Shown: in pieces, positions 16,265-18,682 of the stretch
Layout of the letters: each line of letters starts with the position of its first letter
Position numbering within the stretch: position 1 is the stretch's first letter
From: a virus
Taxonomy: Duplodnaviria > Heunggongvirae > Uroviricota > Caudoviricetes
Direction: 5' to 3' (one strand)
IMG/VR virus record: IMGVR_UViG_2778261570_000014
DNA length: 18,682 nt
Position numbers and translations under genes: made by a program
The notes under the pieces: generated by a model
The model's database searches: none
The model's input: the letters and a program-made list of their open reading frames with translations, nothing else
Told to the model about the DNA's origin: nothing

Positions 16265-17962
16265 TCACTTTTTTTCGTTAACCTTGCCTGTCAGCATGTC
16301 GATAGCACCTTCTTTGGCACGAGTCAGACGCAGGCGGGTGAAGTAGTTTTCACCGTTGCGAGGATGTACTTCGTTGATGGCACTGCCCCAGAGAGTGGTA
16401 CGGTTAACGAGAGACGGATTGGTTTCGTGAACGTAAGGGATTGCTGGGACTGCATCACCAGCAATCAGACCGGCTTTACCGATGCCTTCGCCACGCCCAT
16501 AGAAGAAGATGTCATCCAGCCCGAAGTCATATCCCTGTGCCAGGAATTGCTCACAGACAGGTTGCGGCACTTCGTAAATACGAATCGTGCCAAACAGGGT
16601 GCCGATGTACTGTACATACGGCGACTGAACGTAACCTGGTGCGATCTGGAAGTGCTGTGGAGGCAGAGAGCGCAGGAAGTTCGCGGCGTCACTACCAGCA
16701 AAGCCGCCACGAATACCCGTTGTCAGGGTACGATTTGCCATTTCTTGAGACAGAGCGTTTACTGCGTGACGCAGGAGGCCGACCCTGGACTCATAGTTTT
16801 GAGCTTCCGGCAGAGCCACATCAAATTCACGACCATAAACGGTATGGAATACCAGGGTGCGCAGACGCATGATGTCGGTTTCATGGGAGATCCAGTTACG
16901 CATCGCGGAGAACTGAAGTGCCGCTAATTCAAGGCCGTGCTCACGGCTTAAATCGGATGCGGACATTACCGTGTGTTCGGAAGCAAGTACGTACTGGGAC
17001 GGACGAACTTCGTACTTACGCATAGCCTGGTTGATCACCGGAATCAGGCTTGGATTGCGCTCGATGTTAATTTCGACCTGAACAGCAATTTCAGTACCTA
17101 CTGGCGGAGCCTGGGTAAATGTAATGTCAATGACACCAGTGTCATAGGCAACTTTGGCAGTCGCTGAGAAAGTATTACCTTTGCTGTCTTTAGCATTGAA
17201 ATAAAGGTTGCCATCGCCGTCGTCAACTTTGGACGGTTTGCGGTTGATCAGCAGTTTGTTATAACCAGCGCGAAGCGGGCAGGATTGTCCCTCAAATTTT
17301 TGGATGTTGAACTGGAAGGTTTTGGTGCTGCCATCCCCTTTAGTGGAAAGGGCATACAGGCGCTTCATTTGAGAATAAACACCAGCTGACTGCATATTCA
17401 GTTCGTCACCTTGTTTGAAGGTGCCGAATTTTGTGCCTGCTACGTTGACCAGTTCATAAATATTTGACTCGTCACGATCACAAGGAACAAAAGTACAGGC
17501 ATCACTGGTAGCAGCGCCCAGAGAGGCAGGCAGAATTAGAGCAGCATATTGAGCAACTTTCATTACGCCGTCAGAGCTACGCATTGATTGCGCGACAGAC
17601 TCAAACATTGCCTTACCCGTGCCTTCATGGGTATCACTGGCACATTCAGTCATCAGGCGTTCAAGAGCCATGTGTGCGTTCGCCAGGATGTCACTTGCCG
17701 GGTAATGACCATGTTGATGTTTATACTCATGCAGAGACATAGCCCACCCACCAGTGATCTGACGAGCGACCTCTGGATTTACGCCTTCAAACATAGGCAC
17801 TTTCTGGATTGCTTTATCCAGGTTTTCCATCATTACTGCCTGGTCAGCAATCATGTTGCCTGCTGCATCGGTGGTCGGATCGACGGTCATAGCCATGACG
17901 CTTGCCGCCCGATTCATAATCTCGCGCTCGCGATCACGAGCTGGCTGAATGTTTTTATTCAC
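16265..17962 (-). CDS. Putative major capsid protein (up to 565 aa)
   Basis: Long ORF upstream of the Ig-like and sheath genes; function assigned by position and size only. Start is ambiguous between GTG 17962 and ATG 17917; neither has a strong Shine-Dalgarno. Confidence 0.45.
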   Translation of the reverse strand: MNKNIQPARDREREIMNRAASVMAMTVDPTTDAAGNMIADQAVMMENLDKAIQKVPMFEGVNPEVARQITGGWAMSLHEYKHQHGHYPASDILANAHMALERLMTECASDTHEGTGKAMFESVAQSMRSSDGVMKVAQYAALILPASLGAATSDACTFVPCDRDESNIYELVNVAGTKFGTFKQGDELNMQSAGVYSQMKRLYALSTKGDGSTKTFQFNIQKFEGQSCPLRAGYNKLLINRKPSKVDDGDGNLYFNAKDSKGNTFSATAKVAYDTGVIDITFTQAPPVGTEIAVQVEINIERNPSLIPVINQAMRKYEVRPSQYVLASEHTVMSASDLSREHGLELAALQFSAMRNWISHETDIMRLRTLVFHTVYGREFDVALPEAQNYESRVGLLRHAVNALSQEMANRTLTTGIRGGFAGSDAANFLRSLPPQHFQIAPGYVQSPYVQYIGTLFGTIRIYEVPQPVCEQFLAQGYDFGLDDIFFYGRGEGIGKAGLIAGDAVPAIPYVHETNPSLVNRTTLWGSAINEVHPRNGENYFTRLRLTRAKEGAIDMLTGKVNEKK

Positions 17963-18120
17963 GGTTAAGCCCTAAATTCGGGCGCGGCGTGAAGGTTCTT
18001 TTGACGGGCTAACAATACCTACTTTGTGATTTAGTCAATAGGTTTAGTAAAATAAAATCTATTAACACGCATGTTGTTATGTGATTTAATTTTAATTTTC
18101 TAACACAAATCATTAGAGTT
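17963..18120. promoter_or_regulatory. AT-rich divergent intergenic region, probable promoters for the capsid gene and the plus-strand gene
   Basis: Markedly AT-rich; TTGACG at 18001-18006; TGTGATTTA occurs twice (about 18026 and 18081). No confident -10/-35 assignment. Confidence 0.35.
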
Positions 18121-18525
18121 ATGGCGTATCGAATCTTTGTTTCGTATAAAAATGGCGCTAAGAGCCACTCTCTGAACACAACAAGTCGCTTTCTTGTTGA
18201 GGCGCAGTTGGCATCAATTCTTGCCGAAAGTGAGATACTCTCGCTCGCTGAACGGATCGTTATCCAGTTTTCTGGTAGAGATATACTCAATGTCCCCGCC
18301 CTCACCCCGGCATCCGAAGTTATGGAATCAGTTAAATGGCCTGTATGCGGATGTCCTGCCAGGGTTGAAGAGCCGGTAACTGCAACGCTCTACATGCCGA
18401 AAGCAGTAAGAGATTGGCTTGCTATGGTTGGCAATGGGAAAGTCAGTGCTGGACTTCGCAAGTTAATTGAAATGGCGGATATTCCTGAGTTAAAAAACGC
18501 ATGGCGACAGCGAACAGATTTTTAG
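18121..18525 (+). CDS. Hypothetical small protein (134 aa); C-terminal segment has a ribbon-helix-helix-like pattern
   Basis: ATG start, own AT-rich upstream region, hairpin terminator right after the stop. ...TATLYMPKAVRDWLAMVGNGKVSAGLRKLIEMA reads as strand, helix, G-x-S-type turn, helix (inference only). Preferred over the overlapping minus ORF 18009..18305. Confidence 0.45.
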   Translation: MAYRIFVSYKNGAKSHSLNTTSRFLVEAQLASILAESEILSLAERIVIQFSGRDILNVPALTPASEVMESVKWPVCGCPARVEEPVTATLYMPKAVRDWLAMVGNGKVSAGLRKLIEMADIPELKNAWRQRTDF

Positions 18526-18533
18526 TCACGAAA

Positions 18534-18552
18534 GCCCCGGACAGGCCGGGGC
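18534..18552. terminator. GC-rich hairpin (GCCCCGG / CCGGGGC, 5-nt loop) between convergent genes
   Basis: Sits 8 nt after the stop of the plus gene and 8 nt before the stop of the minus partial gene; flanking U-tracts are weak on both strands. Confidence 0.45.
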
Positions 18553-18560
18553 AACAGTAA

Positions 18561-18682
18561 TTAACTAACAATCCAGTCCGTAGCAACAATATCCTCTGGC
18601 GCTAAATCAATAGCATGGATTTTCCCGTCCCGGATAGTGCGCCAGTGCTTTCGTGATCCACCTTCGGGCCACACCCATATAC
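18561..18682 (-). CDS. Partial CDS, last 40 codons of a gene that starts beyond the window end
   Basis: Open minus-strand frame ending in TAA at 18563..18561 (...KIHAIDLAPEDIVATDWIVS*). Short, so statistical support is weak. Confidence 0.3.
   Translation of the reverse strand, partial: IWVWPEGGSRKHWRTIRDGKIHAIDLAPEDIVATDWIVS

Noticed and set aside
16232-16927. Plus-strand ORF of 231 aa, with nested ORFs 16441..16872 and 16465..16710
   Set aside because: Antisense to the long capsid-candidate ORF; Arg/Cys/His-rich composition typical of spurious antisense frames.
18009-18305. Minus-strand ORF (98 aa) overlapping the start of the plus-strand 134-aa gene
   Set aside because: It runs through the AT-rich promoter-like region and has low-complexity, stop-poor AT-rich composition. 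The plus-strand ORF has the ATG, terminator and more protein-like sequence.
1-18682. Assigning the element to phage P1 itself
   Set aside because: The tail gene order (large tape-measure-like protein, small gp25-like, baseplate genes, small protein, fiber) and protein sizes are reminiscent of P1 from memory, but the replicon here is a Rep_3 type with different iterons and no adjacent parAB. At most this is a P1-like backbone, and that cannot be confirmed without a search.
1-18682. tRNA, rRNA, integrase or transposase genes
   Set aside because: No cloverleaf-like candidates, IS-type terminal inverted repeats or recombinase-like ORFs were seen; the six-frame track is fully accounted for by the structural and replicon genes.

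Overview
This window reads as the late (virion structural) region of a contractile-tailed phage, almost all on the minus strand, interrupted by an oppositely oriented iteron-type plasmid replicon, which suggests a phage-plasmid. Gene order on the minus strand (high to low coordinates) is: putative major capsid protein, small Ig-like protein, tail sheath, acidic/basic protein, tail tube and several unassigned virion proteins, then the replicon on the plus strand (Rep_3-family RepA with a DnaA-box-like site, AT-rich tract and iteron arrays on both sides), then a Cys/His-motif protein, a 1376-aa tape-measure-like protein with perfect internal tandem repeats, gp25/GPW-like and baseplate-J-like proteins, two more baseplate-region proteins, and a P2 gpH / lambda Stf-type tail fiber that runs off the left edge. 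The right end carries a self-contained plus-strand gene with its own AT-rich upstream region and hairpin terminator. All functional calls come from motif-level reading of the translations and gene order; no searches were run. I could not identify a single clearly novel system; the best candidates for follow-up are the replicon island, the acidic/basic protein, the Cys/His protein and the right-end moron-like gene.
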